A stretch of 64,000 bases of DNA from a virus (Duplodnaviria; Caudoviricetes): the IMG/VR virus record IMGVR_UViG_3300027847_001698; one strand, 5' to 3'. Below the pieces are notes generated by a model. It saw nothing but the letters and a program-made list of their open reading frames with translations. It was not told where the DNA came from and ran no database searches. Each line of letters opens with the position of its first letter. Positions within the stretch are counted from its first letter, which is position 1. The position numbers were made by a program, and so were the translations under genes. Positions 16,890 through 26,244 of this stretch are shown one piece after another.

Positions 16890-18019
16890 TCTAAATAAAG
16901 GTCAGATATTGCATCATCCGATCTAACATAAATGTCATACGGAGTTTGTACATGTCGAATGTCAAACTTATCTGTTAACGGATATTGCCATTCGACAGTA
17001 TCAGCAGCCATTATTTCTTTATCCTTTTTAGTTACTAAAATATGATCACCATTACCTTGTCTTAATAGTTCACTTGTAACAGGATAAACACTATGTACCC
17101 TTTTGTATATTTTAGCATCTGATTTAAATCCTAACAGGAATGTAGCATCATTAATCTTAGGCTCTCTCCACTTTCCATTATATGGACAGTTAACAAGCTG
17201 CCAATTGAAACGTCCACTTACTGCTCCCTGTGTAGGTTTCTTTTTTCTTCCCTTATATAATTTAACCATTTGATTTCTGAGTTCTAATGGATAGTTATCC
17301 CTAGTTTTTAAGAAAGCAATTAAGGGCTTTATCAATGTTGGATTTGTTTGATATGTAGTTATGGCGGTTAATAGCTGATTTATAGTTGACAAGTTATAAA
17401 CTTTAAAATGTACAGCTCCAGATATACTTGCCAACTCTTCCCAGTAATCATTGTTCTCAGGTTTGGTCATTATTTGAATTATAAATAATTTAGCCAAATC
17501 ATTTTCCGCTAATTTCTGAGCTTCAACTCTCCAATCCAATTTATTAACATTTAATGGGTGATTTATCGAATTAGGTTTATTTTCCCCAATCATCACTAAT
17601 GCACGTCTCTGGTATATGGAAGTAGATAAAGAATGGTTGAATTTACTCAATACTAACTCATAACATGACGAGTCGGAATTAATTTCAGGGAATCTAAGGT
17701 CAGTGATCGCTTGGGAAAGAAATGAAGTTGGGCATCTTAGTGGTGACTGGCAAATTGTAAATGGATCTCCTTCATGTTCATAATTGGTATGAATTATGAA
17801 TGATGTAGATGTATGACATCCATTGGAACACATCGAGGCATAATAATCCCCTGCCCAATCTGCACAATTTAAAAATTTAAATGATTGACATCCTATGTGG
17901 GTAGACATGTCAAATGAATAATATATCCCATGTGAGTTGTCTAGTTTCTCCATAGCTATCCTTGAAGCTAATTTAGAATACTGATACTTCATATGTGAGT
18001 TGCTCCGAATTCCTGGCAT
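16859..18019 (-). CDS. vWA-domain protein with degenerate MIDAS
   Basis: IYYSFDMST, AGDYY, ALVMIGE..P, LDWRVEA..L and YWEELASISG follow the order of phage vWA proteins. Confidence 0.5.
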   Translation of the reverse strand: MPGIRSNSHMKYQYSKLASRIAMEKLDNSHGIYYSFDMSTHIGCQSFKFLNCADWAGDYYASMCSNGCHTSTSFIIHTNYEHEGDPFTICQSPLRCPTSFLSQAITDLRFPEINSDSSCYELVLSKFNHSLSTSIYQRRALVMIGENKPNSINHPLNVNKLDWRVEAQKLAENDLAKLFIIQIMTKPENNDYWEELASISGAVHFKVYNLSTINQLLTAITTYQTNPTLIKPLIAFLKTRDNYPLELRNQMVKLYKGRKKKPTQGAVSGRFNWQLVNCPYNGKWREPKINDATFLLGFKSDAKIYKRVHSVYPVTSELLRQGNGDHILVTKKDKEIMAADTVEWQYPLTDKFDIRHVQTPYDIYVRSDDAISDLYLDCTQLIVENM

Positions 18020-18111
18020 GTTGGTAATTATTTCCTTTAGTTATAATGTTTATTTAAAACTATTTAATTTCCTTTTAAAAAATAAAAAAGAGAATAACTC
18101 CAATTTGTAAA

Positions 18112-18202
18112 TGGCAGAGAGGGTGGGATTCGAACCCACGAATCACTTGCACGATTTTCAGTTTTCAAGACTGACGCCTTTTATCCACTCAGCCACCTCT
18201 CC
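18112..18202 (-). tRNA. tRNA-Ser(UGA)
   Basis: Anticodon arm TCAGT-CT TGA AA-ACTGA; long variable arm; GCCA end. Confidence 0.94.
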
Positions 18203-18383
18203 ATATAATTTATATTATTTAGAAAACTCCTGTTCTCTTCTCATATAGGAATATATATAGAAATAGTTTTCTATATAAAAAAAATCAACCACTGGCCAGT
18301 TGGTCAATTTTTACTTCTTATAGTTCCTTCGTTAACACATCCTAAATAACAATTCATTACATTTATAGTTCCTAAATTTTCTT

Positions 18384-18460
18384 TGGTCGGGGCGACACGA
18401 TTTGAACATGCGACATTTTCGTCCCAAACGAAATGCTCTACCAGCCTGAGCTACGCCCCG
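18384..18460 (-). tRNA. tRNA-Pro(UGG)
   Basis: Anticodon arm TTTCG-TT TGG GA-CGAAA; CCA. Confidence 0.94.
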
Positions 18461-18506
18461 ATAACTTATTTATCTTTTATTCACAATGTTTCTAACAACA
18501 TTCAAC

Positions 18507-18737
18507 TCATACCATAGAGATAGTAGATGAATCTATAAACACTTTCATGTTGTTAACATGATAATATGGTAATATGAAACTACATGATTTTACCTTCAAT
18601 CGTTTAGCTTTTTCTTTATATTCAGTCGGAAAAGATAAAACCTTAAATGTTACATATGGGCCAGGATATTGTCCGGTTTCAGATTTAATTTTCATAACTT
18701 TAAGATAAGTTCCTGCCAGAATCTGTGCCGCGTACAT
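18507..18737 (-). CDS. Hypothetical protein
   Basis: 76-aa ORF. Confidence 0.55.
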   Translation of the reverse strand: MYAAQILAGTYLKVMKIKSETGQYPGPYVTFKVLSFPTEYKEKAKRLKVKSCSFILPYYHVNNMKVFIDSSTISMV

Positions 18738-18762
18738 TGGTAATAATCTAAATGGTTATATT

Positions 18763-19002
18763 TTATTTTAATTTTAAATTTTTATTCATGGTATCAATGC
18801 AGTCCGGACACATGTATATCGGTGGAGAAATAGGTGATCTGTGATCAACTATAACATTTACAAGATTCCCACCAATTCCACACATATAACATTTAAGAGA
18901 TTCCATTCTTCTCATGAAATTTCTATGATTTCTAATACATAACAATACATATACTACAAAACAGCCTATTGCATACCATCCTACTAATTCCATATGAGTC
19001 AC
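18763..19002 (-). CDS. Small membrane-anchored zinc-finger protein
   Basis: Hydrophobic N-terminus, CYMC...CPDC. Confidence 0.55.
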   Translation of the reverse strand: MTHMELVGWYAIGCFVVYVLLCIRNHRNFMRRMESLKCYMCGIGGNLVNVIVDHRSPISPPIYMCPDCIDTMNKNLKLK

Positions 19003-19005
19003 AAT

Positions 19006-19476
19006 CTACTCCGATGCTAGTTGTTTAATTATTGATGTTCTATCTAATTCTGTTTGTAGTATCTTACATCTCATACAAGTAGAACGATCTCTTAATGGAT
19101 CTACAAAATACAGTGTCCCATGATCACATAGAGGTATTATATAATCATGTACTGATACAATTTGTTTAGCGGGTGTTACAATGGAGTTGTATGTGAAGGT
19201 AGGGTGTACATACATGTAACAACCATGCTTCTTTTTAGGTATTCGTATCTTATATGTCACATTTTGTGATCTCTCTGAACTACTAGAAGATACCCCTATC
19301 AACATGGACATAGTTATACATTTACTACATACTAGTTGTCCTGTTATCTTTGTTGATTCATAATCAACTTCTTTCTTTTCCCTATCTATAAATATATAAT
19401 CACAAAATGAGAAATAACTAAAACTACCATCTATATTGATTTCTTTATAATAAAAATGACAATCAGAATTAGTCAT
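19006..19476 (-). CDS. Cys-rich hypothetical protein
   Basis: 156-aa ORF. Confidence 0.55.
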   Translation of the reverse strand: MTNSDCHFYYKEINIDGSFSYFSFCDYIFIDREKKEVDYESTKITGQLVCSKCITMSMLIGVSSSSSERSQNVTYKIRIPKKKHGCYMYVHPTFTYNSIVTPAKQIVSVHDYIIPLCDHGTLYFVDPLRDRSTCMRCKILQTELDRTSIIKQLASE

Positions 19477-19478
19477 AG

Positions 19479-19691
19479 TTATATAACACTTCTTACAAAA
19501 AAAGTGGTTTCTTCTATAAGATTAGATATAATGTGAAAGTGATTATGCTCACAAATAGATGAACATGACAAACATATATTACATTCTTGTGCAAGAGATT
19601 GATCTCTATCTAGTTCTACTGCCTCACAAAATGATGGGCATCTACTTTTTATTAAATTAGATCCCAATACAAAATAACATATATAAATCAT
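19479..19691 (-). CDS. Cys-rich hypothetical protein
   Basis: 70-aa ORF. Confidence 0.45.
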   Translation of the reverse strand: MIYICYFVLGSNLIKSRCPSFCEAVELDRDQSLAQECNICLSCSSICEHNHFHIISNLIEETTFFVRSVI

Positions 19692-19699
19692 TCTTTAAC

Positions 19700-20317
19700 C
19701 TACTCGTCTAGTTTAACATTCCAATAAGCAATATCAATGAATTGCTCCCACGACTTAGGAATTTCTTCCCCTCTGGTTTTGTTTTGAACGTACTGAGGTC
19801 TAACTGGATTCTTAATCAATATCATGCCTGCCTGAATAGGAGTTCTATCTCCCTTAACTGAGTTACATGGGATACATGACACTACAACATTCTTCCATGT
19901 AGATTTGCCACCTTGACTTCTTGGCAACACATGGTCGATGTTTAATTTATTATATAAAAGTTGCTTCCCGCAGTACTGACACGTATTGTTATCTCTCAGG
20001 AATACATTCTTCCTACTAAACTTAACGTTCATTGGTCTGAAAATTTTAACTCTAGTAAAAATAATGATCTCAGGGATCATAAAGCATATAGATGAGTTAC
20101 CAATAAATCTCTGTTTTTGATCCTTAGAAATTGAAGTTATGTCACTCCAATTATCTACCCATGATTCAAAATCATGTAAAGAAAAATCATGACGTACAAT
20201 TTTAGCTTTACCTGCTACAACTTTCTTTAGTGCTTTGAACACTGGCGTCACATTGATTGGTTGCCATGATTTGTTCAGTACTAGTACGTTGTGCCTTAAT
20301 AAAGCATTCGAGTTCAT
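19700..20317 (-). CDS. HNH endonuclease (McrA/HNH_5-like)
   Basis: VLVLN, FSRKNVFLRD..TCQYCG, IDHVLPRSQGG.STW.NVV.SC..CN..KG. Confidence 0.93.
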   Translation of the reverse strand: MNSNALLRHNVLVLNKSWQPINVTPVFKALKKVVAGKAKIVRHDFSLHDFESWVDNWSDITSISKDQKQRFIGNSSICFMIPEIIIFTRVKIFRPMNVKFSRKNVFLRDNNTCQYCGKQLLYNKLNIDHVLPRSQGGKSTWKNVVVSCIPCNSVKGDRTPIQAGMILIKNPVRPQYVQNKTRGEEIPKSWEQFIDIAYWNVKLDE

Positions 20318-20354
20318 TTTAAATCCTAATTTCTTTTAGGTTGTTTCAATTTAG

Positions 20355-20427
20355 TGACTCCGACCAGATTTGAACTGGCGTTACTGCTGCGAAAGAGCAG
20401 AGTCCTGACCAACTAGACGACAGAATC
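20355..20427 (-). tRNA. tRNA-Glu(UUC), CCA not encoded
   Basis: Anticodon arm CTGCT-CT TTC GC-AGCAG. Confidence 0.9.
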
Positions 20428-20435
20428 ACTATAAA

Positions 20436-20897
20436 TTAAGGGGCGTGTTTAGTTTCATTCCATAACTGATGAATGATCATAAACTTATCCGTTTTATCAA
20501 AATCTCTAATATATCGTTTGGGCATTGTTCTAACTTTAAACAATTCTACTCCATTAAATCGGAATGTCCATTTTTGCTTTTTTCTTTGTTTTACAATATA
20601 CCATCCTGGCCTATTGATTAGCCACGTACTAACTTTTCTTTTATTGGAATATACTACATAATTACCATGACATACAGATAATTCTGTAAATCTTCTTCTA
20701 ACGGATTGTACTGATCCTTTTATTACAACTGGCCCTGTTACAGGATAAGCATATACAACTGCCCATGTACCAGAAGATTCATTAAGACGTTGTTTGCGTT
20801 TTAGATGTGTTAGTAATGAATTAATCCCATTACTTGGGCCCCAGGTGTTCGCGGGCGACTTCGACCTGTTGTGCGATCCCATAGCAACTATTGCCAT
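20436..20897 (-). CDS. Basic hypothetical protein
   Basis: 153-aa ORF with AAGGAG RBS. Confidence 0.65.
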   Translation of the reverse strand: MAIVAMGSHNRSKSPANTWGPSNGINSLLTHLKRKQRLNESSGTWAVVYAYPVTGPVVIKGSVQSVRRRFTELSVCHGNYVVYSNKRKVSTWLINRPGWYIVKQRKKQKWTFRFNGVELFKVRTMPKRYIRDFDKTDKFMIIHQLWNETKHAP

Positions 20898-20919
20898 ATA
20901 TTTCTCCTTGTAATAAAAA

Positions 20920-21109
20920 ATGAACTGGTTCTCAACTTTGTTATCGTGTCGTCTGGTTTAGACTAAAGGTACTTGTCTAAACCATTAATTATCTAATTTT
21001 TAATATCCCTAAATGATATTTAATATGACACCAAACTATAAGTCTTACCAATGCGTCCCAAGATACAAATAATTTTAAATTAGTGTAATGCATCCAAGAA
21101 CCAGTTCAT
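20920..21109. repeat. 13-bp inverted repeat enclosing 190 nt, with an internal 10-bp hairpin
   Basis: ATGAACTGGTTCT (20920-32) / AGAACCAGTTCAT (21097-109); TGGTTTAGAC/GTCTAAACCA (20954-84). Confidence 0.75.
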
Positions 21110-21186
21110 ATCTTATAACAAGAAAAAGTAGTTGATCAAAGACTTAAACCTCATGATCCCCTGCGTTGACTGATATAAATAAAAAA

Positions 21187-21271
21187 GATCTTCTGACAGG
21201 ATTCGAACCTGCAAAGACTTACGCCGGGTGTGAGGTCCCTGCTTTTTCCATAATTAGCATTACAGAAGATC
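21187..21271 (-). pseudogene. tRNA-like element with 9-bp acceptor-type stem and 8-nt loop containing UCA
   Basis: T-arm GCAGG-TTCGAAT-CCTGT; GATCTTCTG/CAGAAGATC stem followed by a U-tract; no CCA. Confidence 0.5.
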
Positions 21272-21274
21272 TAT

Positions 21275-21360
21275 TGGTACCCGAGGAGGGACTCGAACCC
21301 ACACACCCTTGCGGATAACGGATTTTAAGTCCGTTGCGTCTGCCATTCCGCCACTCGGGC
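21275..21360 (-). tRNA. tRNA-Leu(UAA)
   Basis: Anticodon arm ACGGA-CT TAA AA-TCCGT; variable arm; CCA. Confidence 0.95.
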
Positions 21361-21482
21361 ACAACTTAAGTCTCTTAGCTCTACTATAGTTCCCCCTTTT
21401 GCAACAAGTCCACATTTCAATAAAGCCTGTCTAATATTTGAAGTTGAATTTAAAGCTTTGTTAAGAAGGGGGGTAAGGGGCA

Positions 21483-21532
21483 ATAGGTATCTCGGATTCA
21501 TTTATGATATTTATAAAATCTGAGATACCTAT
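21483..21532. terminator. 16-bp intergenic hairpin (terminator or processing signal)
   Basis: ATAGGTATCTCGGATT / AATCTGAGATACCTAT with one G-T pair. Confidence 0.45.
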
Positions 21533-21569
21533 CTATGATATAAGACATATTACGCAGCGAATGCATTGG

Positions 21570-21773
21570 TCATACTACAGGTAGCCTTTTCAAGAGTTTA
21601 GACGTATGCTGGCCCGGATGAACCATGGATGAATTGATTGCATCAATCGCATCATCGTTATCATCCGAGATAGAAGTGGTTCGCCGGAAAGTGGGACACT
21701 TTCGATGATTAGTCCCAACTTTTTTTTTTCTCCGACTGCGCTGGCTTCCACCATTCCGTGCACTCTTCTTCAT
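21570..21773 (-). CDS. Small basic hypothetical protein
   Basis: 67 aa; GAGAGG RBS; GC-richer DNA. Confidence 0.55.
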   Translation of the reverse strand: MKKSARNGGSQRSRRKKKVGTNHRKCPTFRRTTSISDDNDDAIDAINSSMVHPGQHTSKLLKRLPVV

Positions 21774-21937
21774 CAGTTCCTCTCTCTTAGTTTAAGATTA
21801 GCCTATAAATAGGAGAAGCTAATCATGCTTTTTTACTGTGTCTTTCATGCAACGCATGACGGCTTAGACATCAAACTCCTTCTTCATTTTTAAATATATA
21901 TAGAATACGGTTTTTAAAAGGGAATCTTATTAATCTA

Positions 21938-22888
21938 CTAGCGTGTTTTCGTTTCATACTCCCCTAGATTTTCAACTATGGTCGTTCTTTCACATTCAGT
22001 CCTGTCTTCATCAGATAATGGGGCGATTTTAATAGTGTTCATGATCTTCTCTATTCGTTCAGGAATATGGTCCCCCTCAGCATAGCGTTTTCTAAAACCT
22101 AAATGTTTCTGAACAATTGATTTGACTCTTGATTTGGTATTGATCTTCCCTCCTAGTTCTTTATATTTCTGAAGGCAACATAATTCACCAAGCAATGCAA
22201 GATGACAAAATGGATTGTAATTATTCTCCTTACATACTGGTTGATTGATATCTACATGTTTAGCTTTATGTACCGTCCTCATTCCGCGGATTCTCTCATC
22301 ATGTAAAGCAGTTACACCAGTATAATGTTTATGGGAATTCCATGAGTCATTATAGTTAACAATTCCCAAATCTTTTACTTTTGCAAGTTCCATAATTTGA
22401 GATGTTATATCTAATACTGTAGCACCAAACGAAGTTAAGTTAAATCCTAACACATTCTTGAACATAAGTAACATCCCATGAGTATGAAACATAGTATTTG
22501 GTTTAACTACTCTTAAAAGTCGTTTGAAACCATCCGCCTTTAACATTGATCCTTTTGGGAATAAAACAGGAAATACAACAGTACATCTAATAAGATCCTT
22601 TAGAAAAGTATCCGGAAAAAGTGCAGTCTCGACCGGCTTCCCTTGAATACAAAATGCTACTCCGGACGTATGGGAATGAGTACCAAAATCACTAGTGGAT
22701 GGCCTTTCAAATCTATCCTCTCTATTCAACTCTGTACAGAATATATTCCAAACCTCTAAATGATGTTGAGTTGGCCAATGTCCCGCTGAATCAATCACAA
22801 AATGAGGCATGTTCGGTTTTATTAATGTACAACTACCAGGACTAACTAATAAAGTATGAGCCTTATAACTAATATGCAAATCAATCAT
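21938..22888 (-). CDS. Hypothetical protein
   Basis: 316-aa ORF; no family recognised. Confidence 0.7.
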   Translation of the reverse strand: MIDLHISYKAHTLLVSPGSCTLIKPNMPHFVIDSAGHWPTQHHLEVWNIFCTELNREDRFERPSTSDFGTHSHTSGVAFCIQGKPVETALFPDTFLKDLIRCTVVFPVLFPKGSMLKADGFKRLLRVVKPNTMFHTHGMLLMFKNVLGFNLTSFGATVLDITSQIMELAKVKDLGIVNYNDSWNSHKHYTGVTALHDERIRGMRTVHKAKHVDINQPVCKENNYNPFCHLALLGELCCLQKYKELGGKINTKSRVKSIVQKHLGFRKRYAEGDHIPERIEKIMNTIKIAPLSDEDRTECERTTIVENLGEYETKTR

Positions 22889-22959
22889 TTTATATCAACT
22901 AATTATGAATTTTCTAACTCCTAACGAGTCCAATCCTTCTACTTGGTCCTTAAAACTTC

Positions 22960-23157
22960 TTATACACTTTTTCTTAATTCATCAACTATATGTTCTTCTA
23001 GAAAATATCTTCCCTCGTATTCTGTTATTTCATTTATTACATCTGTGCTATTTGCATCTGTCAAAACTGCACACATAAATTTATAGGATTTTAGACTAAT
23101 CCCATTGGGTTCGTCTAAAATATCAATTGCCATTAACCTAATGCCATTCTTTGCCAT
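22960..23157 (-). CDS. Hypothetical protein
   Basis: 65 aa; GAGG RBS. Confidence 0.6.
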   Translation of the reverse strand: MAKNGIRLMAIDILDEPNGISLKSYKFMCAVLTDANSTDVINEITEYEGRYFLEEHIVDELRKSV

Positions 23158-23216
23158 GAATCTTCCTCAAGTTAATTAAAGGATATAACGATTAAATTAT
23201 ACCCTTTAATATTAAA

Positions 23217-23666
23217 TTATACGTCGCCTTTATCTCGGAGAACGTCGAATAACGAATTTACAGCCCATTCTGCTGCAAACGTTACAATCTTTCTTTCAAA
23301 CTTAGTTTCAAGACCACCAATTAACAACGGAACATTAATGTTGTTTTTGGTTCCATCCGGATAACCATCAACCGTCTTGTATGTTAACCATACTGCATCA
23401 ACAACAAACTGTTTCTTTTGTTCACCTGTAAAATCATTAATAGTACTGGCCAACGTCATAAATGGTCCAACCACTTTTCCTAAAGTTACAGCATCAGACC
23501 ATTGAAACCCATCAGCCAATGAACCAACAACCGAATATACAATCTCTGTTAACTCAGGAATCTTCTCTGCTAACTGCCCATAAGAGACTTCCTCAATCTC
23601 ACTGGTGCCTTTCAATTTACTCAAAGTGCCTGTAACGGTTTCTTTTAATTTTTCTAGAATTTCCAT
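23217..23666 (-). CDS. Hypothetical protein
   Basis: 149 aa; AAGGA RBS. Confidence 0.7.
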   Translation of the reverse strand: MEILEKLKETVTGTLSKLKGTSEIEEVSYGQLAEKIPELTEIVYSVVGSLADGFQWSDAVTLGKVVGPFMTLASTINDFTGEQKKQFVVDAVWLTYKTVDGYPDGTKNNINVPLLIGGLETKFERKIVTFAAEWAVNSLFDVLRDKGDV

Positions 23667-23832
23667 TTGTTTAATTTCCTTTTACAAATTTAATATATCT
23701 TATAACAAATCTTAATATATTTTTAATTTTTTACTATATTAGATCTCTACATAATCTAACATCATTATGATTAATTAACCATCCATAAATACCCATTCTT
23801 CTGGGAAATAAAAAAGTTCTAATTCTCCCTGA

Positions 23833-24075
23833 TCAACTATAGCGGTTAGGGTCTGCTAAACCAGTGTCCAACCGATTCTTTGAGGTTGTGTAGCTTCCCG
23901 TATCTGTATCGATGACTACGCTGTCGGTGCTGCTGAGATTATCAAACTCGATACCTTCATTAAGCGTCTTGGTTGCCTCCTTATCCACCATCGAGGCATG
24001 ACTGCCGTAGTCTGATGGGTAGGTAGGCAGTACTTCTTTCTCTTTCTTTGCTTGGTATTTCGCCATGCTCATCAT
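23833..24075 (-). CDS. Hypothetical protein
   Basis: 80 aa; AAGGA RBS. Confidence 0.6.
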   Translation of the reverse strand: MMSMAKYQAKKEKEVLPTYPSDYGSHASMVDKEATKTLNEGIEFDNLSSTDSVVIDTDTGSYTTSKNRLDTGLADPNRYS

Positions 24076-24235
24076 TCCTTTTTTAGTTTTTGATTGTCCT
24101 ATTATACTCTTTTTTTGGAAGGTGGTATTCTCGTTCTGTAACGTTAAATATAATATTACATATTAAACAGCTAACATTAAATTCCTTTTTCTCCCCAAAT
24201 TTCCTATCGTAATATTTACAAATTCTTCCTTCTGA

Positions 24236-24272
24236 CTCCATTTAGAACTTTTTTAATTTATTCTAAATGGAG
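24236..24272 (-). terminator. 12-bp perfect hairpin just downstream of the tmRNA
   Basis: CTCCATTTAGAA / TTCTAAATGGAG. Confidence 0.5.
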
Positions 24273-24292
24273 CCAAAGAAGGTCGAACCTAC

Positions 24293-24705
24293 TGGTGGAG
24301 CTGTCGGGGATCGAACCCGAGTCCGAAATAAACCAACAACAAGCGTCTACATACATAGGATTCTGTTTTTTTGTATTATTAAGAGATCAAGTCAACACAG
24401 ACCAAGACCATTTCTCTGATTCAATTTAGAATTTTAGTTCTCCTGCCAATTGACAAATACAGAAGACTTATTCTCACAAATTTTACACCCTCGCCACATC
24501 CCCAGAGACCTGAGAATTTGTGGGTTGAGGTCTACTTAATTAAGCAGCCACCTGATAAGCAACAGTTCCGGGGAACTGAAGGATGGGAGTCTCAACACTA
24601 GTTGTTTTAGCAATTAGTATGTTGATCGATATTTTATGAGGCCAACGATCATCCTCAGTATGCAACTTGCCATCTAATCTACTCCGTCGAAGCCAATTCA
24701 GCCCC
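24293..24705 (-). ncRNA. ssrA: tmRNA with 23-aa tag AKTTSVETPILQFPGTVAYQVAA
   Basis: 5' GGGGCTG...TTCGAC; 3' T-arm and CAGCTCCACCA with G3:U pair; tag ORF at 24611-24540 ending VAA-TAA. Confidence 0.95.
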
Positions 24706-24924
24706 GTTTAAAATTAATCTGATGTGGAAATCTTTCTTTTCTTTGTGATCATGCGATTGAGTTTTCTGGCAGCTCGACTAAGAAACTTTCCATTTTTACT
24801 TCTCTTCGCGTCATCTGGTAGTTCTTCAAATGCCTGTTGCGGTGTAAGCTCTTCTGCTTTTACTCTGTCGATCAGTCCCATTTGGTGTGTTCCTTGTAAT
24901 AGTAATAATAATAATACTTAAAAC

Positions 24925-25122
24925 TTATAGTTGGATGCCATCGGGATCTTTGTCCGGATGAATCTTCTGGAGTTTACAAGTCGTTTTTATATCAAATTGA
25001 CAATCTGCAAGTGAGCCATCCATGTGATCTTTAATTTCTCTACCAATTCTTCTTGCTTCTACGTCATCAAGTGCATCAATCTCAACTCGAATAACTAAGT
25101 GATATTTCCCGTTATTCAACAT
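24925..25122 (-). CDS. Hypothetical protein
   Basis: 65-aa ORF. Confidence 0.55.
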   Translation of the reverse strand: MLNNGKYHLVIRVEIDALDDVEARRIGREIKDHMDGSLADCQFDIKTTCKLQKIHPDKDPDGIQL

Positions 25123-25240
25123 TTCCCCCTACGCTTGTTGTGTTTGTCGATTTATATATTTAAGGCGTATAGGTGTTTTTTTGTTCTTAATTGTTTAGAA
25201 TGAATATGTAATTTATTATTACCATATTAGAATTAAGAAG

Positions 25241-25317
25241 TGGTGGAGCTGATCGGATTCGAACCGATGACTTCTGCCTTGCAAAAGCAGTGCTCTATCC
25301 AACTGAGCTACAGCCCC
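25241..25317 (-). tRNA. tRNA-Ala(UGC)
   Basis: GGGGCTG acceptor with G3:U70; loop TT TGC AA; CCA. Confidence 0.95.
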
Positions 25318-25384
25318 CAAGAATTTAAAATGGTTTAATTACTATTTGTATAATTTGTTTTCTCACTTTAACATACTCCATTAA

Positions 25385-25459
25385 TGGAGCGAGTGGTCGG
25401 ATTCGAACCGACGACAAGTAGTTTGGAAAACTACGGCTCTACCACTGAGCTACACTCGC
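25385..25459 (-). tRNA. tRNA-Gly(UCC)
   Basis: Anticodon arm GTAGT-TT TCC AA-ACTAC; TCCA end. Confidence 0.95.
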
Positions 25460-25604
25460 GTAAAAAGTATTCTTAATCAAATTCTATTCTTATCAAGAAT
25501 ATGAAAATGAAAGACTGTTATGAATCCCACAAGATTACTCACTAACAATGACCCATTAGAGCTAACCTTTAATAGTTATTCTAATGATAAAATATAGGTT
25601 CGAA

Positions 25605-25694
25605 TGGTAGGCGAGGTGGGACTCGAACCCACAACTCCCGTTAAAGGAGGCCAGATCCTAAATCTGGTGCGTAGGCCAATTCCGCCACTCGCCC
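25605..25694 (-). tRNA. tRNA-Leu(UAG)
   Basis: Anticodon arm CCAGA-TT TAG GA-TCTGG; variable arm; CCA. Confidence 0.95.
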
Positions 25695-25953
25695 ACAATA
25701 ATTACTTCTACTTATAGCCTTTCTTGGTCCAAGTATAAAATAAAAAATTCATCGTGACTGTGATGACCAGGATCTTGTATCACACCAAACATGAATTATA
25801 ATCATGTTTATATATATGTTGTTAATAAAGTTCTTTCTTCATTTATAAATATATATACCTTTTTATTCTTAACCAAATTAAACTCTATATATTTTATGAA
25901 GGATCACCATGTGATCATATGGGCAATTTCTATCTCTATCATTATTAGGATCA

Positions 25954-26217
25954 TCAGGAGTCATCAGAGTCATCAGGGTCATCATCATCTTCCTCTGTTT
26001 CTAATAAAAGATTCTCCCATGAGTCAGCATCCGTCCATCCGAAATATATCCCATATCTTATCAATGGATTAATTACGAAAAAGGAAAGAAGCATAAACCA
26101 TATGAACGCAAATATTCCCCATAATACAGGAACCCATTCCCATTCTCCTGCTTCTATTCTTATGGCTACCATCATAGACATAAAACATGCAAATAACCAA
26201 TAGATAGTTCCTGGCAT
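25954..26217 (-). CDS. Small membrane protein with acidic tail
   Basis: Two hydrophobic segments; AGGAGG RBS. Confidence 0.7.
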   Translation of the reverse strand: MPGTIYWLFACFMSMMVAIRIEAGEWEWVPVLWGIFAFIWFMLLSFFVINPLIRYGIYFGWTDADSWENLLLETEEDDDDPDDSDDS

Positions 26218-26244
26218 TACAATTTGCCTCCTTTTGAATTAACT

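Noticed and set aside
10308-20317. HNH genes as intron-encoded or mobile homing endonucleases
   Set aside because: Both are free-standing with no interrupted host gene or intron structure; 19700-20317 is an ordinary bacterial-type HNH.
24268-24292. T-arm-like fragment GTAGGTTCGACC...CTCCA abutting the tmRNA 3' end
   Set aside because: Too short, poorly paired and overlapping the terminator hairpin; not supportable as an att duplication.
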